DNA of 55,109 nt from Solirubrobacterales bacterium (GCA_049684635.1 JBAVGD010000002.1:1-55109); one strand, 5' to 3'. Shown: positions 42,197 through 52,172, counted from the stretch's first letter. Notes: generated from the letters alone by a model not told the origin. Made by a program: numbers and translations.

Positions 42197-44017
42197 GTGC
42201 CCCCGTCACTGCAGCCGGGCAGCGCTGCGGCCGCAGATACACTGGCCCGAGTGCCGCCGAACGACGCGACATCCCTCTACCGGCGTCACCGCCCCGGCTC
42301 CTTCGACGAGGTGGTCGGTCAACAGCACGTGGTTCGCACCCTGCGAAACGCGGTCGAGCAGGGCAAGGTCCACCACGCCTATCTCTTCGTCGGCTCGCGG
42401 GGGACCGGCAAGACTTCGATGGCAAAGATCCTGGCCCGCTCGCTCAACTGCAAGCGGGGCGGTCCGACCGTCACCCCATGTGGGGAATGCGAGTCGTGCC
42501 GGACGATCGCCGCCGGCACCTCAGTCGACGTAATCGAGATGGACGCTGCGTCCAACCGGTCCGTCGACGACATCCGGGATCTGCGCGAGCGGGTCGCCTA
42601 CGCGCCTGCCGGCGGTCGCTGGAAGGTCTACATCATCGACGAGGCGCACATGCTGACGAAAGAGGCATGGAACGCATTCCTGAAGACGCTCGAGGAGCCG
42701 CCTCCCAACACGGTCTTCGTCCTTGCCACCACCGAGGCCCACAAGGTGATGGCCACGATCGCCGATCGCTGCCAGCGCTTCGACTTCCAGCGCCCGTCGC
42801 TGGAGCAGATTTCCGAAGTCTTGCGGCGGGTCGCGGCGGCGGAGGGAATTCAGGTGGACGACGCCGCCGTGGCGATGATCGCGCGCTCAGCTTCCGGCAG
42901 CTTCCGCGATGCCCTTGGGACCCTTGACCAGCTGGTCGCCTTCGGCGGCAAGGCCGTCGCCCTGGACGCGGTCCTCGAACTGCTGGGCGCCGCCGATGCC
43001 GAGCTGCTGTTCGCCGCCGTCGATGCGGTTGCAGCCGAGGACCCGAAGGGGGTTCTCCTCGAGGTCGAGAAGATGGCTCGCTCCGGGCGCGATCCGACCC
43101 AATTCGCGCGCGACCTCCTTGCCCACCTGCGTCACCTGCTCGTAACGCAGACCGTTGGTGAGGTTCCCAATACCTTTGTGATCACGGCCACCGACGCCGA
43201 TCGTCTCGCCGCGCAGGCCCACGCAGTCGGCGCTGCGACGCTGATCCGCACAATCGACGAGCTGGCCGCCGCGCTTACCGCCGTCCGTGAGGGGGACGAC
43301 GCTCGCATGGCCGTCGAGATCGCGCTGTTGAAAGCGGCTCGCCCCGACCTCGATCCATCCTCCGAGGGACTCCTTCGCCGCGTCGAGCGCTTGGAGCGGA
43401 GTCTTTCCGGTGCCGGCGGGGGTGGTTCGACGCCCCCGGCGAAAGCCGCGTCAGAGCCATCCGCGCCGGCGCCGGAGGGGCCCGCGAAGCTAGAGGAGCC
43501 GGCCAAGCCGAAAGAGGCATTGGCGAAGCCCGAGGAGACCGCGCCGGCGCCCGAGAAGGAATCGGCGAAGCCCGAGGAGACCCCACCGCCGCCCGAGGAA
43601 GCAGCAGCGAAGTCGGAGGAGGCATCCTCGGAGGCGGAGGAGCCGGGCGGAGGCGACTCCGGGGAGGTCGGTCTGGAGCGGATCAGGCAGCTCTGGCCGA
43701 CGGTTCTCGGCCAGCTCCATCAGTCAGGCGGAGCCCTTGGCGCGCTCCTCGAGGGAGCCCGTCCGGTTGGCATCGATCGCGACCAGGCGACGCTGACCGT
43801 CGGCTTCCCCCCAACGTCGACCTTCAACAAACGCGCAGCCGAGGCGCCTGAGAAGCGCGATGAATTTGCCAGTGCGCTCGAGGCTGCCACGGGGGAGCGG
43901 CTGCGGCCGGTCTTCGTGTTGCTCGACGGCGAGATGCGCCAGGAGGCGGGACAGGTCGACGAGGCGGCGCTTGTGGAACGGCTCAAGAGCGAGTTCGACG
44001 CGGAGGAGGTCGGTTAG
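42197..44017 (+). CDS. dnaX: DNA polymerase III subunit gamma/tau
   Basis: LYRRHRPGSFDEVVGQQHVVRTLRNAVEQGKVHHAYLFVGSRGTGKTS, Zn module CGECESC, and a P/E/A/K-rich linker. The start is possibly GTG 42251. Confidence 0.9.
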   Translation: MPPSLQPGSAAAADTLARVPPNDATSLYRRHRPGSFDEVVGQQHVVRTLRNAVEQGKVHHAYLFVGSRGTGKTSMAKILARSLNCKRGGPTVTPCGECESCRTIAAGTSVDVIEMDAASNRSVDDIRDLRERVAYAPAGGRWKVYIIDEAHMLTKEAWNAFLKTLEEPPPNTVFVLATTEAHKVMATIADRCQRFDFQRPSLEQISEVLRRVAAAEGIQVDDAAVAMIARSASGSFRDALGTLDQLVAFGGKAVALDAVLELLGAADAELLFAAVDAVAAEDPKGVLLEVEKMARSGRDPTQFARDLLAHLRHLLVTQTVGEVPNTFVITATDADRLAAQAHAVGAATLIRTIDELAAALTAVREGDDARMAVEIALLKAARPDLDPSSEGLLRRVERLERSLSGAGGGGSTPPAKAASEPSAPAPEGPAKLEEPAKPKEALAKPEETAPAPEKESAKPEETPPPPEEAAAKSEEASSEAEEPGGGDSGEVGLERIRQLWPTVLGQLHQSGGALGALLEGARPVGIDRDQATLTVGFPPTSTFNKRAAEAPEKRDEFASALEAATGERLRPVFVLLDGEMRQEAGQVDEAALVERLKSEFDAEEVG

Positions 44018-44350
44018 GTGACAAGGGGTGGGCCGGGAGGCTTTGATGTCAATGCGCTCATGAAACAGGCGCAGAAGATGCAGCAGGAGATGCTGGATGC
44101 GCAGGAACAGCTCAAGGACGAGATCGTCGAGGCCAGCGCCGGCGGCGGAATGGTCAAGGTGAAGATGGGTGGTGACATGACGCTTCGCGAGATCGCTATC
44201 GATCCGGAGGCGATCGACCCCGAGGAGGCGGAGCTGCTCGCGGAGACGATCCAGGCCGCCGTCAACGAGGCGATTCGTGCGGCCCAGGACCTGGCGAGCT
44301 CGAAGGTGGGTGGGATCACCGGAGGCCTCGGGGGTCTCCCAGGACTCTGA
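44018..44350 (+). CDS. ybaB: YbaB/EbfC nucleoid-associated protein
   Basis: LMKQAQKMQQEMLDAQEQL...GGGMVKVKMGGDMTLREIAIDPE. The GTG follows directly after the dnaX stop. Confidence 0.85.
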   Translation: MTRGGPGGFDVNALMKQAQKMQQEMLDAQEQLKDEIVEASAGGGMVKVKMGGDMTLREIAIDPEAIDPEEAELLAETIQAAVNEAIRAAQDLASSKVGGITGGLGGLPGL

Positions 44351-44416
44351 GCCGGTGCCGCGCGATCCTGCATTTCCGACCCTTCGCGAGCAAAGCGCCG
44401 GCGAAGTAGTGCTGCC

Positions 44417-45019
44417 GTGAGTGTCGAGGGCCCGGCGCCGCTGGCGCGGCTGGTCGGCGAGCTCGCGCGGCTGCCGGGCATCGGCCAGCGCACGGCCCAG
44501 CGCCTTGCGTTTCACATCCTTCGCGCACCCGACGACGAGGTCGCGGCCCTCGCCGCCTCCATCCAGGAGGTGAAAGAGAAGGTCGGTCTCTGCGAGCGCT
44601 GCTTCAACCTCTCGGAGGGGCCGCTTTGCCGGATCTGCGCCGACGCGAATCGGGACCAGACGACGATTTGCGTTGTCGAGGATCCAGCCGATGTGATCCC
44701 AATCGAGCGCACCCACGAGTACCGTGGCCTCTACCACGTGCTGGGCGGCGCGCTGTCCCCAATCGATGGCATCGATGCAGAGGACTTGAAGATCGCCGAG
44801 CTGCTGCAACGGCTCGAGGGGAGTGAGGTGCGCGAGGTCGTTCTAGCAACCAACCCGACGACCACCGGTGAGGCGACCGCCCTGCATATCGCCGAGCTGC
44901 TGCGTGGCAAGGTCAGGGTGACCCGACTCGCCAGCGGCCTGCCGGTGGGAGCAGACCTCGAGCATGCCGACGAGGTCACGCTGGGCAAGGCTCTTTCGGG
45001 TCGCCTCAGCTTCGGATAG
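44417..45019 (+). CDS. recR: recombination protein RecR
   Basis: HhH LPGIGQRTAQRLAFH, Cys4 CERCFNLSEGPLCRIC, and Toprim ICVVEDPADV. Confidence 0.9.
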   Translation: MSVEGPAPLARLVGELARLPGIGQRTAQRLAFHILRAPDDEVAALAASIQEVKEKVGLCERCFNLSEGPLCRICADANRDQTTICVVEDPADVIPIERTHEYRGLYHVLGGALSPIDGIDAEDLKIAELLQRLEGSEVREVVLATNPTTTGEATALHIAELLRGKVRVTRLASGLPVGADLEHADEVTLGKALSGRLSFG

Positions 45020-45099
45020 AGGTCCCCTCGTGACCAGGACTCGGCTGCGTAATAGACCGGGCGCCGGCAGCGGGTGGCGCCTGCGGGGCCGAATCGACG

Positions 45100-45915
45100 G
45101 TGTGTCTTCGCAAGTGGACGATTGTCAGCCCCCAAAAAGCGATATTCGGCGCTCCTGCCGTCCGCCCGTTTCGCGAAGGTCTCCGCGTGGATCCAGGCGG
45201 GAGCACGCATTCCGAGCGCGGTAACGACACGCCGGCCGGTCAGCTCGCGCGGGAGGTTTCCGCGCTGCAGGCGGCGCTGCTCGCGAAGCTGCACGAGGAG
45301 ATGGCCGGCGATGACGTGGCGTCGTATGCCGCCACGGCGCAGAAGCTCGCCAGGGAATTCGGCTCCGTAACCGCGACGGCAATCGGAACGCTCTACGAGC
45401 GGCCGGCCGAGCAAGCTGCGGCTGCGGGTGTGGCCGATCCTCAGGCCAGCCTCTTCCGGCCGGGGCAGATGCGCCGCCGCCTCGAGCAGCTGATCGAGAC
45501 TCACAGGCGCTACGGGCACCCATTCGGACTGGTCGTATTCGACGTCGACGGCCCCGGCGCACGCGACGACGATTCCGGTGGCGGCCAGGAGACCGCGCTG
45601 GCGATCGTGGGGGCAGCCCTTCGAGACAGCGTCCGTTTGGTCGACGAGACGTTCCGCGTCGAGGAGAACGGGATTTGCGTCCTGGCCCCCAACCAGACCA
45701 CGGTGGAGGGGGTCCAGATGGCGGAGCGCCTGCTGGGGCTGCTGCATGAGCTGGAGGATGCGGGCGGGCTGCAGATCGGGATTTCGGCCGGAGTGGTGTC
45801 CTGCCCGGAGCACGGTTGCGACGCCGCATCCCTGATTCATAAGGCCGACGAGGCGATGTGGCGGGCGCGCGCCGTCAGCCAGCCGGTGGGTGTCGGGACT
45901 TTGCAAGATCGCTGA
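45100..45915 (+). CDS. GGDEF-like domain protein with a degenerate active site
   Basis: FGLVVFDVDG...ALAIVGAAL...DETFRVEENGICVLAP...IGISAGV follows the GGDEF-domain layout, but RVEENG replaces RxGG(D/E)EF. The start is uncertain (no in-frame ATG near the 5' end; GTG 45187 is possible). Confidence 0.6.
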   Translation: MCLRKWTIVSPQKAIFGAPAVRPFREGLRVDPGGSTHSERGNDTPAGQLAREVSALQAALLAKLHEEMAGDDVASYAATAQKLAREFGSVTATAIGTLYERPAEQAAAAGVADPQASLFRPGQMRRRLEQLIETHRRYGHPFGLVVFDVDGPGARDDDSGGGQETALAIVGAALRDSVRLVDETFRVEENGICVLAPNQTTVEGVQMAERLLGLLHELEDAGGLQIGISAGVVSCPEHGCDAASLIHKADEAMWRARAVSQPVGVGTLQDR

Positions 45916-46015
45916 CAGATTCCCGAAATCTGTCCATAACTGATGTAAACCCGCGATCCGAGTGGAAGAATGCGGCTCCGCGTCGCGAAGAGACTTGCGG
46001 GAGCCAACGTCTGAG

Positions 46016-46855
46016 ATGTCCGGGATAAGAACAAACGCAGCCGCCGAAGTTCTTGGCGTGAGCCCCAACACGCTTCGCAGCTGGGAGCGCCGCTACGGCT
46101 TTCCGGTCCCGAGACGAACCGCGGGCAACCATCGCAACTACGAGTTGGTCGAGCTGCAGACCCTGCGCGACGCGCTGACTGAGACCGGGAACATTTCGTC
46201 GGCGATCGAGCTGGCGCGCCAGCGCCAGACCGCGCCCGCGAGTGGTGGCAACTTGCTCGCCGCGCTTGAGAGCTTCGACGAGGAGGCAGCCGACCGGGCG
46301 ATCGAGGGGAGCCTGGCGGTGCGGCCGCTGGAGCGCACGGTGGAGGAGCTGCTGCTGCCGGCCGTCGATGAGCTTGCCGCTGCGCCCGAGCGCGAGGCGG
46401 AGCTGGAGTTCGCTGCCCGCTGGGCGATGGGATGGCTACACGGAGCGCGGCGGCTTGCATCGACCGCCTCCCGGCCGGCCGGGATCCTCGTCCTCGATTC
46501 CAGTCGCGGGCAGGACGCCGAGGCCGTTCACGCACAGGCGCTGGACCTCGCCCTTCGCCGCGCGGGCTTCCGAGTCCTGATGCTTTCCAACGAACTTGGC
46601 AACGAGCGGCTCGAGCGGGCGCTGCGCGCCCTCGATCCGACCGCAATCGTCCTCTGCGGCCCCGGTGCGGACACCCAATCCGCCGTCAAGCTCATCCGCA
46701 AGATTCGCGAGGCCGGCTTCGACGCCCCGCTCTTCGGGTTCCGGGCCACCGGTCTGATCGGCGACGCCGTCCCATCCGCCGGTGAGCGCCCCAGCGAGGT
46801 AACCGAGCTGCTCAACGCGGACCTTCGCCGCCGCGCCGCCCGCGCCTTCGCCTAG
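46016..46855 (+). CDS. MerR-family regulator with a C-terminal cobalamin-binding-like Rossmann domain (LitR/CarH-like architecture)
   Basis: MerR HTH IRTNAAAEVLGVSPNTLRSWERRYGFP. C-terminal GILVLDSS...RRAGFRVLML...AIVLCGPG. No canonical DxHxxG motif. ATG 46016. Confidence 0.7.
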   Translation: MSGIRTNAAAEVLGVSPNTLRSWERRYGFPVPRRTAGNHRNYELVELQTLRDALTETGNISSAIELARQRQTAPASGGNLLAALESFDEEAADRAIEGSLAVRPLERTVEELLLPAVDELAAAPEREAELEFAARWAMGWLHGARRLASTASRPAGILVLDSSRGQDAEAVHAQALDLALRRAGFRVLMLSNELGNERLERALRALDPTAIVLCGPGADTQSAVKLIRKIREAGFDAPLFGFRATGLIGDAVPSAGERPSEVTELLNADLRRRAARAFA

Positions 46856-46935
46856 CTAACCGTTCAGCGGTCCACCCGCCCTTCCGGGGCGCGAATAGCG
46901 CAACTCGCCGCGCGCCGCCGTTCGGGCGCCGCCGA

Positions 46936-49068
46936 CTACGCCTCCTCGGGCTTCACCGTCGCCTCGCTGATCCCGAACCGTTCGTGCAGGCGCCGCAGCG
47001 GTGCCGGCGCCCACCAGTTCCACTTGCCCAGCAGCGCCATCAGCGAGGGTACGAGCAGAGCGCGGATGATGCTGGCGTCGATCAGCACGGCGAGCGCGGT
47101 TCCCACCCCGTTCTGCTTGACGAAGATGATCTTCGATGTGGCGAAGGCGCCAATCGCCACGGCAAACAGCAGCGCCGCGGCGGTGACGATTCGGCCGGTT
47201 CGCTCCAGCCCGATCGCCACCGACTCCGAGTTCGAAGCGCCTTTGTCGTAGGCCTCTTTGATCCTCGACAGGAGGAATACCGCGTAATCGGTCGACAGCC
47301 CGAAGGCAACGGCGAAGAGCAGGATCGGCATCGTCTGCTCGAGGGCACCCTGGCTCGTATAGCCGAGCAGGCCTTCGAGGCGACCGTCCTGGAAGAGCAG
47401 CACCAGGATTCCGAAGACGGCGCTGAGGTTGAGCAGGTTCATGATCAGCGACTTGATTGGAAGCACCACCGAGCCCGTCATCAGGAAGAGGATCACCAGC
47501 GTTGACAGCACCACGATCGCCACGGACAGGGGCAGATGGCGAACGAGGCTGCTCTGGAAGTCGACGAAATCCGCGGTCGCGCCGCCGACCAAGGTGGTGG
47601 CGCTCGGAACACTTATCGCGCGGATTGCTTCCACCGTCGACTGACTCGCTTCCGATCTGAAGGTGTCGCTCGAGATCGCCTCGATGACGCGGAGCCCACC
47701 CGGCAGGCGCTGCGGCGGAAGGGTTTCGGCGACTCCGGGCACTCGCTCGACCTCGGCCCGGACCCGAGCCGCGGCCCCCGGGCCGCCGCCTTCCACGGTG
47801 ACCCAGATCGGTGTGTCGTGGTAGGGCGGGAATTCTTTCTGCATAGCGTCGTACACCTGCCGGGCACTGGCTTCCTTGGGCAGGATCTGCGGGTCGGCGG
47901 CCGTGAACTTGATGCTCAGGAAGGGCAGGCCGAGGACGATCAGGAAGAGGGCGCTGAGAGTGGCAACCGGAACCGGTCGCCGCATGACGAAGCGAGAGAG
48001 CCGGTACCAGAAGCCCTGGTGGTCGGATCGCGCTTCGGCCTCGGCGCGGCGGCGCAGGAAACGCGGCGCGAGCGAATTTACCCGCGTGCCGAGCAGGGTG
48101 AGCACGGCCGGGAGCACCGTAAGCGAGACAGAGGCGGCCAGCAGCGTTACTAGCGCTCCGCCGAGACCCATCGAATAGAGAAAGCGCTGCGGGAAGACGA
48201 TCAGCGAAGCCAGTGCCGCCGCAACGGTCAGCGCCGAGAAGAAGACGGTGCGACCGGCAGTCGCCATCACCCGGCGCATCGCCGGCAATCCAGGGCCGTC
48301 CTTGGCGATCTCCTCGCGGTAGCGCGAGACGATGAAGAGGCTGTAATCGATCGACAGCCCCAGGCCCAGCCCCGTGGTCAGGTTGAGCGCGAAGATGGAG
48401 ATCGAGCCGAGTTCGCTCAGCACGCGCAGGATCAGGAACGTCCCGACGATGGCCAGCAGGCCGATCATCACCGGCAGTAGCGCCGCGACCAGGCTGCGGA
48501 AGAAGAGGAAAGAGAGCAGGAAGAGCAGGGGGAAAGCGAGCATCTCGGCAAAGCGCAGGTCGGTCTCAACCTGCTTGTTGACCTGCTCCTGGGCGACGGC
48601 CGGACCACCGACCACGATGTTCGGCCGGTTGGCGAGTTGCTTGGCGACGTCGTTGCCGGCCGCCTGCCACTGCTTGTCGCCGGTGGGTTTGAGCCCAACA
48701 GCCAGATAGGTCGAGCTGCCATCGGTGGAGACGAATGCGGAGGAGTGGGTCTCGTAATAGCCGGTGACGGAAGCAACGTCGCCGCGCCGCCGCAGCTCGC
48801 CGGCGATCGCCTCGACCCTCACCCGGGTCGCCGGCGCGGCGATTGGCGCATCTTTAAGGACCACGATCGCACCGGGCACGTGAAAGCCGGCGTCCTCGAG
48901 GGCTTCCCTCGCCTTGACGCTCTCGGTGGCCGGATCGTCGGCCCCGTAGGGGTCGAGTCGGCTCGCCACAGAGCCGCCCACCGCGGCAGCAACGAAGAAG
49001 AAGAGGATTGCGAGCAGGCCGATCCGGCGCGGGCGGCGGTTGGCGAGGCGGGCGAGGGCGTCAAACAT
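46936..49068 (-). CDS. MMPL-family (RND superfamily) membrane transporter, second copy
   Basis: [41 protein letters not shown] / STDYAVFLL. ATG 49068 overlaps the padR stop by 8 nt. Confidence 0.9.
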   Translation of the reverse strand: MFDALARLANRRPRRIGLLAILFFFVAAAVGGSVASRLDPYGADDPATESVKAREALEDAGFHVPGAIVVLKDAPIAAPATRVRVEAIAGELRRRGDVASVTGYYETHSSAFVSTDGSSTYLAVGLKPTGDKQWQAAGNDVAKQLANRPNIVVGGPAVAQEQVNKQVETDLRFAEMLAFPLLFLLSFLFFRSLVAALLPVMIGLLAIVGTFLILRVLSELGSISIFALNLTTGLGLGLSIDYSLFIVSRYREEIAKDGPGLPAMRRVMATAGRTVFFSALTVAAALASLIVFPQRFLYSMGLGGALVTLLAASVSLTVLPAVLTLLGTRVNSLAPRFLRRRAEAEARSDHQGFWYRLSRFVMRRPVPVATLSALFLIVLGLPFLSIKFTAADPQILPKEASARQVYDAMQKEFPPYHDTPIWVTVEGGGPGAAARVRAEVERVPGVAETLPPQRLPGGLRVIEAISSDTFRSEASQSTVEAIRAISVPSATTLVGGATADFVDFQSSLVRHLPLSVAIVVLSTLVILFLMTGSVVLPIKSLIMNLLNLSAVFGILVLLFQDGRLEGLLGYTSQGALEQTMPILLFAVAFGLSTDYAVFLLSRIKEAYDKGASNSESVAIGLERTGRIVTAAALLFAVAIGAFATSKIIFVKQNGVGTALAVLIDASIIRALLVPSLMALLGKWNWWAPAPLRRLHERFGISEATVKPEEA

Positions 49069-49648
49069 CTGCTGCTCCTTTTCTGATGATCCCGCTTGTG
49101 GATCTGTCCTTGCCATCAGGCTCGAGGATCTGGCGCTCCATCCGCTCACACCAGTCCGCAAACCACTCGTTGAACTCGATTCCCCCCTGCAGAACCATCA
49201 GTGGGAATCGATCCTCCTTTGCGAGTGCAATCGGTTCGAGGGACCGCAGCTGCTCCACCATCCCGGTGCGATGCCGGCGCATGGCACGAAGGATCTCCGC
49301 CGCCTCGGGGGCGGGGAGGACGCCGGCAAAGAAGAGCTTCAGCAGCCCCTCCTCCCGCATCTCGCAAGTCGTGGGAGGCTGCCTGAGCCAGCTCTTCAAT
49401 TTCTCTTCGCCGTCCGCGGTGATCTCGTAGACGGCTCGTTTTCGTTCCCCATGGGGGGAGTCGACTCCGGCGATGAGACCTGCCTTGGAGAGACGCTTCA
49501 GCTCCGGGTAGATCTGCCCGTAGCTGGCCGCCCAGAAGAACCGCGTCGTGTTGTCGACCAGCGCCTTGATCTCGTAGCCGGAACGAGGCTCACGGCTGAC
49601 CATTCCCAGGATCACGTAGGCGGTGGCGCTCAGCTCCATGGCGGTCAT
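49061..49648 (-). CDS. PadR-family transcriptional regulator
   Basis: [53 protein letters not shown]. The start is ATG 49648 or ATG 49639. The track's TTG 49660 lies inside the palindrome. Confidence 0.85.
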   Translation of the reverse strand: MTAMELSATAYVILGMVSREPRSGYEIKALVDNTTRFFWAASYGQIYPELKRLSKAGLIAGVDSPHGERKRAVYEITADGEEKLKSWLRQPPTTCEMREEGLLKLFFAGVLPAPEAAEILRAMRRHRTGMVEQLRSLEPIALAKEDRFPLMVLQGGIEFNEWFADWCERMERQILEPDGKDRSTSGIIRKGAADV

Positions 49649-49697
49649 ATGTATCTTCAAGATATATCACAAAGATATATCGCGCAGATACATATGA
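49645..49697. promoter_or_regulatory. composite AT-rich palindrome; candidate PadR operator / divergent promoter region
   Basis: The 12-bp perfect arms TCATATGTATCT (49645-49656) and AGATACATATGA (49686-49697) enclose two copies of AAGATATATC (49659-49668, 49672-49681). About 30% GC by hand count. Confidence 0.6.
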
Positions 49698-49827
49698 CGC
49701 AGGTCGCAGGCGCGGCCCTCCGTCACCCAATGCGGTGCCGCCGGCTCCGCGGCCCGGCATCTCTCCACCGGCTCAGGTCCGGCGGTGCCGCCGATTCTCC
49801 TCAGGGGGCGACTATCCTCCGACTGCG

Positions 49828-51126
49828 ATGAATCCAGGGGTTTCCGACATCGTGGTGATGAAGTTCGGCGGTACATCCGTTGCCGGTGCCGAAGAGATCA
49901 AGCGCGCCGCACGGCGGATCGTTGCGGCGCGGGACGCCGGGAGCCAGGTCGTCGCGGTGCTCTCGGCCCGCGGCAAGACGACCGATGACCTGGTTGCGCA
50001 GGCGATGGAGATCTCAGAGCGGCCGGACTCGCGTGAGATGGACATGCTGCTCTCGACCGGCGAGCGGATCTCCTGTGCGCTCTGCGCGATGGCGATCCAT
50101 GACATGGGGCATGAGGCGATCTCCCTGACCGGATCGCAGGCGGGGATCGTCACCGACTCCTCCCACACCCGGGCGAAGATCATCGACGTGCGTGCCGATC
50201 GGATCCGCCAGACGCTGGCCGAGGACCGGATCGTGCTGGTGGCCGGCTTCCAGGGGGTCTCGACCGACAGCCACGACGTCACCACCCTGGGTCGCGGTGG
50301 TTCGGACACCACGGCGGTTGCCATCGCCGCGGCCCTGGGAGCGGGCGTCTGCGAGATCTACACCGACGTTGCGGGGGTCTTCAGCGCCGATCCGAGGATC
50401 GTGGCCGAGGCCCGCAAGCTGCCGATGGTCTCCTACGAGGAGATGCTCGAGATGTCGGCCTCCGGGGCGAAGGTCCTGCAGCTTCGCTCGGTCGAGTACG
50501 CGCGCAACCACGCCGTGCGCATCCACTGCCGCAGCAGCTTCGAGGAGGGTCCCGGTACCCTCGTCGTGACCGAGCAGGAGACTGAGGAGCAAACCGTGGA
50601 GCAACCTTTCGTCACAGCAGTCACCCATTCGGACGGCGAGGCGCGCGTCACGGTGACGGGCGTCCGCGACGAGCCGGGCGTTGCCGGCCGGATCTTCACG
50701 GCGCTCGCCGACGCCGGAGTCAATGTCGACGTGATCATCCAGAACGAGCCCGTCGGCGACGACGCGCTTGCCGACCTCTCGTTCACCGTCGAGCGCTCGG
50801 ACCTGGAGACCGCGAGGGAGACTGTGGCCGGTCTCGATCTGAGCACCGGCGTCCGCACCGACGAGCGCATCGGCAAGGTCTCGATCGTCGGCGCCGGAAT
50901 GCGCTCGCATCCCGGCGTCGCGGCGAAGGTTTTCGAGGTGCTTGGCCGCGAGGCGATCAACATCGAGATGATCTCGACCTCCCCGATCAAGATCTCGTGC
51001 GTGATCTCCGCCGATCGCGTTCCCGATGCGGTGCGAGCCCTGCACGAGGCGTTCGAGCTCGGTGCGGACGCCGTCCACCCCGAGGACCCGGCGAGCGCGG
51101 CACACCGCCCGACCATCCGCGGCTGA
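49828..51126 (+). CDS. ask: aspartate kinase
   Basis: [36 protein letters not shown], and two C-terminal ACT domains. The start is uncertain (ATG 49828, GTG 49852/49855 or ATG 49858). Confidence 0.9.
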   Translation: MNPGVSDIVVMKFGGTSVAGAEEIKRAARRIVAARDAGSQVVAVLSARGKTTDDLVAQAMEISERPDSREMDMLLSTGERISCALCAMAIHDMGHEAISLTGSQAGIVTDSSHTRAKIIDVRADRIRQTLAEDRIVLVAGFQGVSTDSHDVTTLGRGGSDTTAVAIAAALGAGVCEIYTDVAGVFSADPRIVAEARKLPMVSYEEMLEMSASGAKVLQLRSVEYARNHAVRIHCRSSFEEGPGTLVVTEQETEEQTVEQPFVTAVTHSDGEARVTVTGVRDEPGVAGRIFTALADAGVNVDVIIQNEPVGDDALADLSFTVERSDLETARETVAGLDLSTGVRTDERIGKVSIVGAGMRSHPGVAAKVFEVLGREAINIEMISTSPIKISCVISADRVPDAVRALHEAFELGADAVHPEDPASAAHRPTIRG

Positions 51127-51146
51127 GCCCGGGCATACTCGGCAAG

Positions 51147-52172
51147 ATGACTGACCGCGGCTACCGAGTTGGAGTCCTTGGCGCGACCGGCGTTGTCGGA
51201 TCGACGATTCTCGACGTGCTCGTCGAGCGCGACTTTCCCGCCTCCGAGGTGGTGCCGTTCGCATCCGAGCGCTCCGCCGGCAAGCAGATCCAATGGAATG
51301 GCTCGACCCTCGAGTGCCGCGTGCCCAGCGAGTCGACGATTCAGGGGCTGGACCTGGTGCTCTCCTCAGCCGGCGGCGCCGTCAGCGCCGAGTGGGCGCC
51401 GAGGCTCGTCGAGGCGGGCGCGGTGGTCGTTGACAACACCAGCCACTGGAGGATGCACGATGAGGTCCCCCTGGTCGTCGCCGAGGTGAACCCCGACGCG
51501 CTGGCGGGCCATAAGGGAATCGTCGCCAATCCGAACTGCTCCACCATGCAGATGGTCGTGGCGCTGAAGCCGCTCTACGACGAGGCCGGCATCGACCGGC
51601 TTGTCATCTCGACCTACCAGGCGGTCTCCGGGACCGGTAAGCGGGCAATCGACGAGCTCCGCGACGAGTCCCGGGCGGTCTTGGATGACGCCGCGGTGAC
51701 CCCGGCCGTGTACCCGCACCAGATCGCATTCAACGTATTGCCGCAGGCCGGCAGCTTCGCGCCCGGGGACGATCACACCGACGAGGAGCGCAAGCTGATC
51801 AATGAGACGCGAAAGATCCTCGGCGACCCCGCCATCCGGGTCAGCGCCACCTGTGTGCGCGTGCCGGTCGTCACCGGTCACTCGGAGGCCGTCAATGTCG
51901 AGACGAGGGAGCCGCTCTCCCCGGAGCGGGCACGCGAGCTGCTTGCCGCCGCCCCCGGCGTGACCGTCGTCGACGAGCCCGGCGCGGCGCGCTACCCGAT
52001 GGCGATCGACGCTGCGGGCGAGGACGACGTGTTCGTCGGCCGCATTCGCCGCGATCCCGGCAACGAGCGCGCGCTCGACCTCTGGATCGTCTCGGACAAC
52101 CTGCGCAAGGGAGCGGCGACGAACGCCGTCCAGCTCGCCGAGCTGCTGGTCGAGCGGAACCTGCTCGGCTGA
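51147..52172 (+). CDS. asd: aspartate-semialdehyde dehydrogenase
   Basis: VGVLGATGVVGSTIL and NPNCSTMQMVVAL (active-site Cys). ATG 51147. Confidence 0.9.
   Translation: MTDRGYRVGVLGATGVVGSTILDVLVERDFPASEVVPFASERSAGKQIQWNGSTLECRVPSESTIQGLDLVLSSAGGAVSAEWAPRLVEAGAVVVDNTSHWRMHDEVPLVVAEVNPDALAGHKGIVANPNCSTMQMVVALKPLYDEAGIDRLVISTYQAVSGTGKRAIDELRDESRAVLDDAAVTPAVYPHQIAFNVLPQAGSFAPGDDHTDEERKLINETRKILGDPAIRVSATCVRVPVVTGHSEAVNVETREPLSPERARELLAAAPGVTVVDEPGAARYPMAIDAAGEDDVFVGRIRRDPGNERALDLWIVSDNLRKGAATNAVQLAELLVERNLLG

Noticed and set aside
42197-44017. Programmed frameshift or transcriptional slippage site in dnaX (gamma subunit)
   Set aside because: No A AAA AAG-type heptamer or long A-run was seen anywhere in the gene.
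45837-46646. 269-aa minus-strand ORF (and 44731-46071, 43724-44809) across recR, the GGDEF-like gene and the MerR gene
   Set aside because: These are Arg/Pro/Ala-rich antisense frames overlapping plus-strand genes with clear motifs.
49698-49827. Lysine riboswitch (L-box) or other leader upstream of aspartate kinase
   Set aside because: The ~130-nt leader is GC-rich without recognisable L-box elements and is too short for that riboswitch.
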